DNA from: Octopus sinensis
Lineage: Eukaryota
Assembly: GCF_006345805.1 (NCBI RefSeq)
Contig: NW_021831919.1
Span: 1-34,821 of the forward strand
Reading direction: 5' to 3'
Length of the DNA: 34,821 bases
The position numbers and the translations under genes are program-made. The notes beneath the pieces are model-generated. The model saw only the letters and a program-made list of their open reading frames with translations. It was not told where the DNA came from and made no database searches. Shown piece by piece: positions 22,637 to 34,627 of this stretch. Numbering within the stretch: the stretch's first letter is position 1; every line of letters begins with the position of its first letter.

Positions 22637-23118
22637 TTAATCAACCAAATATGAACCATTTTGTTGCACAATGCGTCTCCATCTTTCCTTTAACTTGAAA
22701 ATACTTTTTTCCCAGAATTCTGGTGGTTTCACGGCAAAGAATTCAGCAAGGTATCGTTTTACTTTATCCAAGGAATTGAAATTTTTACCCTTAAGACTAT
22801 TCTGCTGAGATCTGAATAAGTGGAAATCCGAAGGAGTAATATCTGGTGAATATGGAGGGTGGGGTAACACATACCAGCCGAGCTGCAGCAATTTTTGTCT
22901 GGTTCCCAAAGCATCAAGTGCCGAAAATGAACTTTCTTATCTTCCATTTTAAAGGGTTACAGAATTAACACGGGTTATAGGAACATAAACCTTCTTCCAC
23001 GAAAAGATAGCTCTAAATGGAAGTGTAGCCAAATCCTATTTTATGGACTCAATAATGTTCTAAAATAGGTCGAAAGGTAAGCTACTAAAAATCGGCACGA
23101 ACTTTCCGGACAACCTAA
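22637..23118 (-). mobile_element. Internally deleted mariner (mellifera-like) transposon lacking the 3' TIR
   Basis: 5' TIR TTAGGTTGTCCGGAAAGTTCGTGCCGATT next to TA (23119-20); N-terminus MEDKKVHFRHLMLWE joined out of frame to TRQKLLQLGW.VLPHPPYSPDITPSDFHLFRS...RWRRIVQQNGSY. Confidence 0.9.
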
Positions 23119-23673
23119 TATTTTTATAATTAAACATTATTAGGAATTATATAAAAATATTGCTAAAAATATTGTGAATTGTTAAAGTATTATCAGTTTA
23201 TTACATATAAATTTTAACAACGAAATCTTACGTGGATCTCCCAAGGGCCATATTTCACTCAAGTGGAATCAAAGGGGATTCATAGGTGGAAAAGTAACTG
23301 AGGACCGTTGCACTACATGGTTTTCAAGATCGTCAGTGTACTGCAGTTTAAGTAAATGGGTTGGTGTTTGGGAGATAGAATTCATGGCCCTAAGCCGGAC
23401 ATATGTAATAGGGCTCATGCGTTATCTGACTAACACATTCACCCACCCGACTACTACTCTCATGAACTCACAGTTTGCATAGATATTATTCTAATTAGAT
23501 TCGCAAACATAAGCAACATCCTGTCTTTAACCTTGTTATTTAAAAGTTGCAGGGGCTAAATACACACCTAAAATTCGTATGATTCTGCGCTACATTGTTC
23601 CCCCTTTCTCCTTCATAAAGTGATTTGCTTGGTTTCTGGTTGTATTTGCGTTGTATAATATAACTGTGGCCAT

Positions 23674-23830
23674 AGGCTCAAGTATGGCAATGCGGTTAAG
23701 AAGCTCGCTTTGCTAACACGTCTTTTCAGGTTCAGTCCCATTGTGCGGCACCGTGGGCAAGTGTCTTCTGCTATATCTCCGATCAAATCACAGCCTTGTG
23801 AGTAAACTTGGTAAACGTAAACTGCGTGGA
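23674..23830 (+). mobile_element. Old SINE family A-related 5' half
   Basis: AGGCTCAAGTATGGCAATGCGGTTAAGAAGC...GGTTCAGTCCCATTGTGCGGCACCGTGGGCAAGTGTC. Confidence 0.75.
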
Positions 23831-23876
<46 letters not shown>

Positions 23877-24006
23877 TATATACATATATACATGCATACA
23901 TACATAATACATACATACATACATACATAATACATACATAATACATACATACATATATACATACATACATACATACATAATGCATACATAATACATGCAT
24001 ACATAC

Positions 24007-24077
<71 letters not shown>

Positions 24078-24482
24078 CATATATCATGTTATCATATATG
24101 CATATATATGGGGATTGCGCGTGCACATGTATTCATGCTTCTGTGTGCATGTGTATGTGTATAAAACATGCACGATTCAAACAACCACTATTTATATAAA
24201 CCGAGACACCTAAAGAATGTCTTAAAAATCAACCACTATCATAAATTGAAAACGTATTTTCTGTTGTTCGTATCTAAAATACGTAGTAAAATGAACACTT
24301 GTTATGTCTACAGGTTGCAACGGTCTGTTTTGTTTTTATATCCTTTTCAACTGTAACCAAATACATTTACATCATCTGACATCATCCCAGTCATAAATCT
24401 TGTGCTTTCATTTGAATTCTTCCGTCATCCCAACAATCAACGCTACATTCCACACTCACACACACACACACACACACACGCA

Positions 24483-24527
<45 letters not shown>

Positions 24528-24572
24528 ACATACACACGTGAATGTCATTATATTATTATTGTATTAAGCATT

Positions 24573-24885
<313 letters not shown>

Positions 24886-24993
24886 TCTCTTTTTCTCTTA
24901 CTTCCTTTCTCTTTCTCTCTCCCTTTTTATATACACACACACACCCACACACACACACATATACATATGCATATATATAAATATTATATACAT

Positions 24994-25127
24994 AGGCGCA
25001 GGAATGGCTGTGTGGTAAGTAGCTTGCTAACCAACCACATGGTCCCGGGTTCAGTCCCACTGCGTAGCATCTTGGTCAAGTGTCTTCTGCTATAGCCCCG
25101 GGCCGACCAATGCCTGTCGTATATATG

Positions 25128-25181
<54 letters not shown>

Positions 25182-25372
25182 TGTTTGTCCCCCTAGCATT
25201 GCTTGACAACCGATGCTGGTGTGTTTACGTCCCCGTCACTTAGCGGTTCGGCAAAAGAGACCGATAGAATAAGTACTGGGCTTACAAAGAATAAGTCCCG
25301 GGGTCGAGTTGCTCGACTAAAGGCGGTGCTCCAGCATGGCCGCAGTCAAATGACTGAAACAAGTAAAAAGAG
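24994..25372 (+). mobile_element. SINE family A (small internal deletion)
   Basis: AGGCGCAGGAATGGCTGTGTGGTAAG head; GACTGAAACAAGTAAAAAGAG tail. Confidence 0.9.
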
Positions 25373-25427
25373 AGAGAAAAAGAGAGAAAGAGAATGTATA
25401 TATATATATATATGCACACACACACAG

Positions 25428-26399
25428 ACGCTTTCTACAGTCAATAGAGTGATTGTGCAATTCACCAGTGAGGGGAAGGAATCCATATCATCTCGCCCAC
25501 ATCAACCAGCGCCTTCTGATAGGACCTTCTCTTTGCTAAGAGGATAATCCTCGTTGCAAGGTCTCTGATATAGCAGAACAAGTTGATGTCAGTTCCGGAA
25601 CAGCCGTCAGGTATCTCCACAAACTTGGTTACTATGGAAGAGCAGCAAGAAGGAAGCCACTTCTTCGACCAGTCAACATCAAGCGGAGAAAAGATTGGGC
25701 CAGTGAGATGGTGGAGAAGCCACTGGTATTTTGGGACACTGTCATATTCTCTGATGAGTCCAGATTTGCTGTATTTCCTGATAGTGATCAAGTGTGGGTC
25801 TGGAGACTCTGTGATCAAGAATTTCATGTGAAAAGATTGCAGTCAACAATGAAACACGGAAGCTATTCTGTGATGGTTTGGAGAGCAATTGGGAGCAATG
25901 GTTGATCAGAGTTGATGGAGTGTGAGGAAAACATTAACTCAGATAAATATGTGTCCATATTGCAGAAAGGACTCCTTCCAGTCTTCTCCAGTGGTGAAAT
26001 AAAGAAAACTCTTTATTAATGGAAGATGGGGCTCCTTGTCACATGGCTAAAATGAGCCAGTCACCAGATATGAACCCTATTGCACACTTCTGGGACATAA
26101 TGGACAGGGCACTTCATATAGAGAACAAGAAAGCATCTTCAAAGCCAGGTCTTTTGAGATTACTGCATGAAACTTGGCAAGAAATTCCACAAGAGAATAT
26201 TCGTCATCTGCTCAGTAGCATGCCTTATAGGGTCCTTGCACTGAAAAATGCAAAGGGCATGTCTATTAAATATTCATAAAGTACAGAACAATTATAACAA
26301 TTTATTATAACAATTAATAAATAATTTGAATGTATAAGTTCAGATTTAAATAAATTTTAATGATTATTAGGGTGTCTGTTTACTTCTGTCATGTCTGTG
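25428..26399 (+). mobile_element. Decayed Tc1-family (DD34E) transposon, 5'-truncated
   Basis: STVNRVI HTH remnant; RRKPLL; [12 protein letters not shown] (D1); [10 protein letters not shown]; EDGAPCH (D2); SPDMNPIAHFW (catalytic E replaced by A); frameshifts and stops; probable 3' TIR ending CTGTG-TA. Confidence 0.9.
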
Positions 26400-26493
26400 T
26401 ATATATATATATATGTGTGGTGTGGTTATGTGTGGTGTGTGTGTGTGTGTGTGTATGTATAACATACTACATATACAATATAATATATATAAT

Positions 26494-26544
<51 letters not shown>

Positions 26545-26675
26545 CATATATATATACATACATATATACATGTATATATATATACATACATATATATATA
26601 TGTATGTATATATATATATATATATTATATATATATAATATATAATATATAATATATATATATAACATACATATA

Positions 26676-27498
26676 CAGGCATACCTACCCTACGTCGTTA
26701 GCTGTTTCCAGGAGACACGACTTAAGTTGAAAAACGAAGTCGAATTAACTTGTCTCTAGGCTAAACCGATAATAATCATTCCGAGTTCTGTACTTTATTT
26801 ATGAATGCATTTTCAATGATACATGGTTAATAAAAACCATGTGTGCTAAAATCTCGTCCTTATTGTGTACAATCGTCGATACAGTTATGTGACTCATCAC
26901 AAAAGATCGTGCAACTGCTACCACTTTTTCACCTTTTTCATAGTGTATTATCATAGCCAGTTTATCTTCCAGCGTTATAGTTATGACGCTTAGCACTTTC
27001 ACTATGAATTTTCTTGGGATCCATGGGAGCAAAAGATAAAGTCACAAATGAATGAGAATGAGAAAGTAGCCGATAAACAGACGTAAACAAATCTGAATTC
27101 AAAACAATCGCGGGAATCACGAGTGACAACGACGCCTAACGGTAGATATTGGAACGACTGTGCAATATGAGCTTTGAAAGACCGATAAATAAGATAACAC
27201 AGCTGATTTCATCATTTCGTTCACTTAGCTACACTACTTTATGGTGTGTATCTTAACATTTACTGTACGTATTTTGATATGATTTTATATGCTTTTATTC
27301 TTATTTATTGTACAGTAACATGATTTGATGTGCTTTTAACGGCTTTCTAGTGATTTTACGATTCCAATATTTGTGGCGGACAGACGTAAAGTCGAGCAAA
27401 ATGACTTAAATCGATTTTTATTTCTCCATATATTATTTTTGAAAACCGACGTATAATCGAGAAGGACTTAAAGCGAAACAACTTAAGTCGAGGTATGT
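26676..27498 (-). mobile_element. Internally deleted Tigger/pogo-like element retaining a CENP-B-type HTH
   Basis: TA-CAGGCATACCT at left and AGGTATG at right; shared CGACTTAAGT subterminal motifs; minus ORF TLEDKLAMIIHYEKGEKVVAVARSFVMSHITVSTIVHNKDEIL resembles the Tigger/TIGD N-terminal HTH. Confidence 0.75.
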
Positions 27499-28139
27499 GC
27501 GTGTGTGCTTCTGTATGTGTGCATGTTTGTATGTATGTTTGTTTGTGTATATGAACATGTATGTACTCTAGGTGTTGTTTGTATGCGTGTATAATCGTGT
27601 GTATATTTCTGCTTCTCTGTATATACGGATGTGTGTCTATTTATGCACGAGTGTTCCTTTATGCGTGTGCGTATGTGTGCATGCATATATGTATGCTTGC
27701 GCATACAAATATCTACACATAGTAGGTGTATGTATATGTGGTTTTATGAGTCTGTGTATATCCGTGTTTGTGTGTGTGTGGTGTGTGTGTGTGTGTGCAG
27801 GCGCGCGTGCGTGTGTACACGACCATTACGCACGCACGCCCTAATACTATAGAACTGTTTGACCTTTCGAGATCAGAAGTATTCATCAATGAGTGATCAT
27901 TTTATTGACCTTTCCACTTCCACCGAAGATCTAACTCCCTCACAGCCCGCACTAAGTAGGATCTCATGACCTAATTCACACACACACATACACACGAGCG
28001 TGTGTGTGTGTACTCATGTATATGCATGTATATATATATGTGTGTATTGCTAGCTAGCTAGATAGACAACTAGATAGACAACTAGAGAGAGAGAGAGAGA
28101 GAGAGGAAGAGATACAAAAACACACACACACACACATAT

Positions 28140-28535
28140 GTGGCTGTGTGGTAAGAAGCTTGCTTCACAACCAAATGGTTCCGGGTTCAGTCCCACTGCG
28201 TCGCACCTTGGGCGTCTTCCACTATTACCTCAGACCGACCAAAGTCTTGTGAGTGGATTTGGTAGACGGAAACTGAAAGAAGCCCGTTGTATATGTATAT
28301 ATTTGTGCATGTGTCTTTAAGTCTGTCTTTGTACCCCCACCCATCGCCGCTTGACAACCGGTCTTGGTGTACTTACGTTCCCCGTAACTTAGCGGTTCAG
28401 CGAAAGAGACCGATGGAATAAGTAGTAGACTTAGAAAGAATAAGTCCAGGGCTCGATTTCTTAGACTAAAACCCCCTTTAAGGCGGTGCTCCAGCATGGC
28501 CGCAGTCAAATAACTGAAACAAAAGAGTAAAAGAA
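28140..28535 (+). mobile_element. SINE family A
   Basis: GTGGCTGTGTGGTAAGAAGC...AACTGAAACAAAAGAGTAAAAGAAT. Confidence 0.9.
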
Positions 28536-28608
28536 TATGCATATATATATATATATATATATATATACATGTGTGTGTGTGTGTGTGTGCGTGTGTGTGT
28601 ATGTGTGT

Positions 28609-28644
<36 letters not shown>

Positions 28645-28654
28645 CTTGCTCGCT

Positions 28655-28755
28655 TAGCCAGTGGGGTGGCGTCATTTGAGGGCTAAAGCAATGCGAAGCA
28701 CATTGTGACCAGCGATGTGTAGCAACATCTGATGGCTTCGTCGTTTATGGTGATA
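28655..28755 (+). mobile_element. SINE family E 3' half
   Basis: GGTGGCGTCA...GCACATTGTGACCAGCGATGTGTAGCAACATCTGAT is homologous to 18680-18775. Confidence 0.7.
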
Positions 28756-28769
28756 TATATATATATATT

Positions 28770-28995
28770 GTGGCACTTGGGAGAGTGTCTTCTGTCATAG
28801 CCCTCGGCCGACCGAAGACCTGTGAGTGGATTTGGTAGACGGAAGCTGAAAGGAGCCCGTCGATGTGTGTGTGTGTGTGTGTGTTCCTTTCATCCTTTCA
28901 GGATCGGTAAAATTGGTACCAGCTGAACACTGGGGTCGATGTAATTGACTTACACCCTCCCCTAAAATTGCTGGCGTTGTGACAGATTTTGAAGT
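28770..28995 (+). mobile_element. SINE family A middle fragment abutting a family B core fragment via (TG)n
   Basis: A motif GTGAGTGGATTTGGTAGACGG, then CCTTTCATCCTTTCAGGATCGGTAAAATTGGTACCAG. Confidence 0.75.
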
Positions 28996-29058
28996 CAATG
29001 TGTGCGCATGTTAATTTGTATGTATGTAACTATGTGTTGTTATGTGTACGTAAATAAA

Positions 29059-29532
29059 GGCGGCGAGCTGGCAGAAATGCGTAGCCGTATTTCGGCTGCC
29101 GCTACGTTCTGAGTTCAAATTCCGCCGAGGTCGACTTTGCCTTTCATCCTTTCGGGGTCGATTAAATAAGTACCAGTTACGCACTGAGGTCGATATAATC
29201 GACTTTATCCGTTTGTCTGTCCTTGTTTGTCCTCTCTGTGTTTAGCCCCTCCTGGGTAGTAAAGAAATAGGTATTTCGTCTGTCTTTACGTTCTGAGTTC
29301 AAATTGCTCCGAGGTCGACTTTGCCTTTCATCCTTTCGGGGTCAATAAATTAAGTAGCAGTTGCGTACTGGAGTCGATAAATTAAGTACCAGTTGCGTAC
29401 TGGGATCGATAAATTAAGTACCAGTTGCGTACTGGGGTCGATAAATTAAGTACCAGTTGCGTACTGGAGTCGATCTAATCGACTGGCCCCTTCCCCCAAA
29501 ATTTCGGGCCTTGTGCTTAGGGTAGAAAAGAA
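29059..29532 (+). mobile_element. SINE family B dimer with an internal 4 x 32-bp tandem
   Basis: Head GGCGGCGAGCTGGCAG; junction GTAGTAAAGAAATA|GGTATTTCG; tandem at 29341-29468. Confidence 0.9.
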
Positions 29533-29535
29533 TCT

Positions 29536-29670
29536 TCACGTTCTGAGTTCAAATCCTGCCATGGTCAACTTTACCTTTGATTCCTTCGGCGTCGATAAGA
29601 TAATGTGCCAGTCGAGTACTGATGTTGATGTAATCGATCTACTCACCCGCCTTTAAATTTCTGGATTTGA
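29536..29670 (+). mobile_element. SINE family B fragment (diverged)
   Basis: CGTTCTGAGTTCAAATCC...GGTCAACTTTACCTTT...GTCGATAAG. Confidence 0.7.
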
Positions 29671-29869
29671 ACCCTATAACAGACCGACGTCCCTTTCATA
29701 AGGAAATGTGTTCTCGGTCACTTATACGCCATGGAAACCGGGTCAGTGGGTTTATGGGTGTACGGCTTAAGAATAAAATAATGAAAATGTATGTGTGTGT
29801 ATGTGTGAGTGTACGTGTGTGTGTGTCTTTCAGTGTATAAGTGTCTGTATGCGTGGAGGAGGGAGAAGG

Positions 29870-29941
<72 letters not shown>

Positions 29942-30828
29942 CCCAAACTCTTTAATATATCTCAAAACTTTGGTCTATTTCCCAACTGTTCTTTTTCTTT
30001 TACTTTTAAAGAAGCTATAACTAAAAATGATGATGAGTTCAACAAATCTCTGAGAAACATTACAAAAACGTGAAAAAAAAAAAAAACCCCAAAAGCACTG
30101 GAATCATAACAAGTATAAACCTACCCCCAAAGTCTCGAAGATGTATAAAGCAGAGACAGAAAATGGCCAAGTCACGAACACTGCAAGTAAAATGGGTTTA
30201 AATAAATTATTTGGTTCAATTAAATTCACTGTAATATAATTATAGTTTGTGTTTTACCGAATGTTCCGGGTGATTTCGGCAATTACGTATACAAAACAGT
30301 TGACATCTGGTAGAAAAAGAAATAAATGTAATTTTGATAAAGAATTCAAGTTGGTTTACATTTGCTCTCGCCGGCTATGCCCATTATAGCAGTTTATTGC
30401 CTTATCATCTCAAAATAATTGTCTTATCAACCAATTAATTAAGTGTTTGCGGTTTACCGTCGGCTTAGAGAAAAGTTTCTGCATCGTTGAAAATATTTGA
30501 AGCACAGCCAAATATACTGGCCCTGAAAGTTGCTTAAATGAACATTCGGGGACAACATTTAATTGAAATTATTTCGTTAAAATTAAATGTTCTTCTTCAC
30601 ATGGTTTTCATTTCTCATTTTTACGTTATTTTACGTTGTTTATTTATTATTACTATTTTTGTTTTGTTTTACGTTTGTTTTTCAGTTTCTTATTGCTGTT
30701 GATAACATGATAACATCCTATACAAAAGTACAATATTGACGCTATCGACAAATTATTTTCGTCAGTTTACTGCAGCCACGAACGCAGTATGTACGTGTGT
30801 GAGACAGTGTGTGTGCGTTTTCTCTATA

Positions 30829-30944
<116 letters not shown>

Positions 30945-30947
30945 GTT

Positions 30948-31360
30948 GGCTCAGGAGTCGCTGTGTGGTAAGCAGCTTGCTTACCAACAACATGGTTCCG
31001 GGTTCAGTCCCACTGCGTGGCACCTTGGGAAAGTGCCTTCTACTGTAGCCTCGGGCCGACCAAAGCCTTGTGAGTGTATTTTGTAGACAGAAACTGAAAG
31101 AAGCCCGTCGTATATGTGTGTGTGTTTGTGTGTGTGTATGTATGTATGTGTATATATGTTTGTGTGTCTGTGTTTGTCCCCCCAACATCACTTGACAGCC
31201 GATGCTGGTGTGTTTACGTCCCTGTAACCTAGCGGTTCGGCAAAAGACCGTTAGAATAAGTACTAGGCTAACAAAGAATGAGTTCTGGGGTCGATTTGCT
31301 CTACTAAAGGCGGGGCTCAAGCATGGCCACGATCAAATGACTGACAAAAGTAAAAAAGTA
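30948..31360 (+). mobile_element. SINE family A
   Basis: GGCTCAGGAGTCGCTGTGTGGTAAG head; body and tail conserved. Confidence 0.9.
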
Positions 31361-31399
31361 ACAGTGTTTTCCGTAAACTACGAAAGTGGGGTTATACTG

Positions 31400-31612
31400 G
31401 TTTCAAATTTTGACATACGGTCAGCAATTTTTGGGGGAGGGAGTACGTCGATTACATCGACCCCAGTGTTTAACTGGTACTTGTTTTATCGACCCCGAGA
31501 GGATAAAAGACAAAATCAACATCGGCAGAATTTGAATTCAAACGTAAAAACGGACGAAATGCCGATAAGCATTTTCCTCGGCATGCTAACGTTGCCTCCT
31601 TCTGCCAGTTCA
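31400..31612 (-). mobile_element. Older SINE family B copy
   Basis: Reverse complement of the family B head and core, diverged. Confidence 0.8.
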
Positions 31613-31628
31613 CCAAATGGGGGATAAT

Positions 31629-32246
31629 ATTCTTTTCTACTCTAGACACAAGTCCCGAAACGTTTGCGGAGTGAGGCAGTCGATTAGATCGACCCCAGTA
31701 CGTAACTGGTAATTAATTAATCGATCCCAAAAGGATGAAAGGCAAAGTCGACCTCGGCGGAATTTGAACTCAGAACATAAAGACAGACGAAATACCACTA
31801 AGCATTTCACCCGGCGTGCTAACGTTTCTTATTTCTTTATTGCCCACAAGAGGCTAAACATAGAGGGGACAAACAAGGACAGACAAAGGGATTAAGTCGA
31901 TTACATCGACCCCAGTGCGTAACTGGTACTTAATTTATCGACCCTGAGAGGATGAAAGGCAAAGTCGACCTCAGCGGAATTTGAACTCAGAATATAAAGA
32001 CAGACGAAATACCTATTTCTTTACTACCCACAAGGGGCTAAACACATAGAGGACAAACAAGTACAGACAAAGGGATTAAGTCAATTATATCGACCCCAGT
32101 GCGTAACTGATACTTTATTCATCGGCCCCGAAATGATGAAAGGCAAAGTCGACCTCGGCGGAATTGGAACCCAGAACGTAAAGACAAACGAAACACCGCT
32201 AAGCATATCACCCGGCGTGCTAACGTTTCTGCCAGCTCACCGCCTT
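31629..32246 (-). mobile_element. SINE family B trimer with 15-bp TSD
   Basis: Three tandem cores; flanks CAAATGGGGGATAAT (31614-31628) and CAAACGGGGGATAAT (32247-32261). Confidence 0.9.
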
Positions 32247-32732
32247 CAAACGGGGGATAATGTTAATATGAAATGTAGCTTCTTCTGAGCTCGTGGCTGC
32301 ATCATGTCACATCTTGAAACTACACATTGCAAACCTGGAGTAGGAGACAGTTACAAAATACCCCACGAACAAATGGGGGTATCGAAGCCCTTAAAATCCC
32401 TAGATGAAACCGGAAGAGTCAATTATGTTTCTTTTTCTGTGGAAGACATAACACTTGTAATCAACAGCTGTCGAAAAATATCATCGAGGTACTACCTCCC
32501 ACTGTGTCTTGGTGTTGTTTCTAAAACAACATACAACGCCATCTACAGAAAAGACAAACGAAGGATAACTGTAAATAACACCGCTGCTATAGATTATATA
32601 CTTACACACATATCAGTATAAATAATATTGGTGGAACGTTCCCTTTCAAAACTTCTACCAAGTGCAAACATAATAGATCCGACATAGTTATTTAGGACGG
32701 GAAGGAAACGTGACAGTCTCTCTCTCTCTCTC

Positions 32733-33116
32733 TCTTTTACTCTTTTACTTGTTTCAGTCATTTGACTGCGGCCATGCTGGAGCAGCGCCTTTAGTCGAGC
32801 AAATCGACCCCAGGACTTATTCTTTGGACGTCTAGTACTTATTCTATCGGTCTCTTTTGCCGAACCGCTAAGTTACGGGGACGTAAGCACACCACCATCG
32901 GATGTCAAGCGATGTTGGGAGGAGAAATACACACACACAAAGACACACATATATGCATATATACGACGGGCTTCTTTCAGTTTCCGTCTACCAAATCTTT
33001 TGGTCGGCCCGAGGCTATAGTAGAAGATACTTGCCCAAGGTGCCACGCAGTGGGACTGAACCAGGAACCATGTGGTTGGTAAGTAAGCTACTTACCACAC
33101 AGCCACTCCTGCGCCT
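32733..33116 (-). mobile_element. SINE family A, full length
   Basis: Reverse complement of the family A head through tail. Confidence 0.92.
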
Positions 33117-33338
33117 ATCTGTGCTTCTCTTTTATTTGACCTCAAGACCCATGTCATTTCTTCGACGAAAATCCACTGGTTGTGTCCTCCGGCCTGGATT
33201 AGAAAGAGACACTACGGTCAGAGAGATTAATTGTCCTGAAGATGTGAACATCTCTTCCAAAATCAGTGACAAGGATAATATTTATGGAAAAACTGCTTCG
33301 AGATCTGCTACTCCTTTACTCTGCTTTTAAATTTACAT

Positions 33339-33508
33339 AGGCGCAGGAGTGGCTGTGTGGTAAGTAGCTTGCTAACCAACCACATGGTTCCGGGTTCAGT
33401 CCCACTGCGTGGCATCTTGGGCAAGTGTCTTCTGCTATAGCCCCGGGTCGACCAATGCCTTGTGAGTGGATTTGGTAGACGGAAACTGAAAGAAGCCTGT
33501 CGTATATA

Positions 33509-33579
<71 letters not shown>

Positions 33580-33800
33580 ATGTGTGTTTGTGTTTGTGTG
33601 TCTGTGTTTGTCCCCCTAGCATTGCTTGACAACCGATGCTTGTGTGTTTATGTCCCCATCACTTAGCGGTTCGGCAAAATAGACCGATAGAATAAGCAAT
33701 GGGCTTACAAAGAATAAGTCCCGGGGTCGATTTGCTCGACTAAAGGCGGTGCTCCAGCATGGCCGCAGTCAAAATGACTGAAACAAGTAAAAAAAAAAAA
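33339..33800 (+). mobile_element. SINE family A, full length, with A-tail
   Basis: AGGCGCAGGAGTGGCTGTGTGGTAAG...GACTGAAACAAGT(A)n. Confidence 0.92.
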
Positions 33801-34099
33801 AATTCGTATAAATAGTCATTTTTGCACTTGGGTACTTTTCTACCTGCTTAAGCCACAAACTGGGAGAGCTAAAATTTTCAAGTAAATAAAGAAACCAATT
33901 AACACGAACTTTACAGATACAATTTGTAAATGGATGAGTAAAAATATCCGCAACTTTCTTGATGTTCAATATGTAACAATTACCGCTGTGGTTATCCAAA
34001 TTCCAGCGATGGTACCTTGGTTTTTCTTTTGTTTTTGTGAGGAAATAACTCACTCCTTCCAGAAAAAAATACTAATATCAAGAAAAAGAATTCATTCAT

Positions 34100-34250
34100 A
34101 CATATACACATACATATATACACACACATACATAAAAATACATACATACACACATACATGCATACATACTTACACACATACACATACATAAACACATACA
34201 TACATACACACATACATAAACTCACATACATACATACATGCATGCATACA

Positions 34251-34284
<34 letters not shown>

Positions 34285-34627
34285 CATACATACATACATA
34301 CATACATGCACACACACATACACACACACAAACACATACATACCTACACACACATACATAAACACACATAAATACATAAACACATACAAACATACATGCA
34401 TGCATGCACACACACATACACACACACAAACACATACATACCTACACACACATACATAAACACACATAAATACATAAACACATACACACATACATGCATG
34501 CATGCACACACACATACACACACACAAACACATACATACCTACACACACATACATAAACACACATAAATACATAAACACATACATACATACATACATACA
34601 TACATACATACATACATACACACACAC
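34100..34627. repeat. Compound (AC)n/(ACAT)n microsatellite with a 98-bp higher-order repeat
   Basis: TACCTAC recurs at 34341, 34439 and 34537. Confidence 0.9.

Noticed and set aside
23200-23312. Possible hAT MITE 3' half
   Set aside because: Only one degenerate terminus, with no partner TIR or TSD.
32304-32621. 105-aa plus-strand ORF in unique sequence
   Set aside because: No recognisable domain or convincing splice or promoter context; the minus-strand acceptor at about 32545 gives only short frames.
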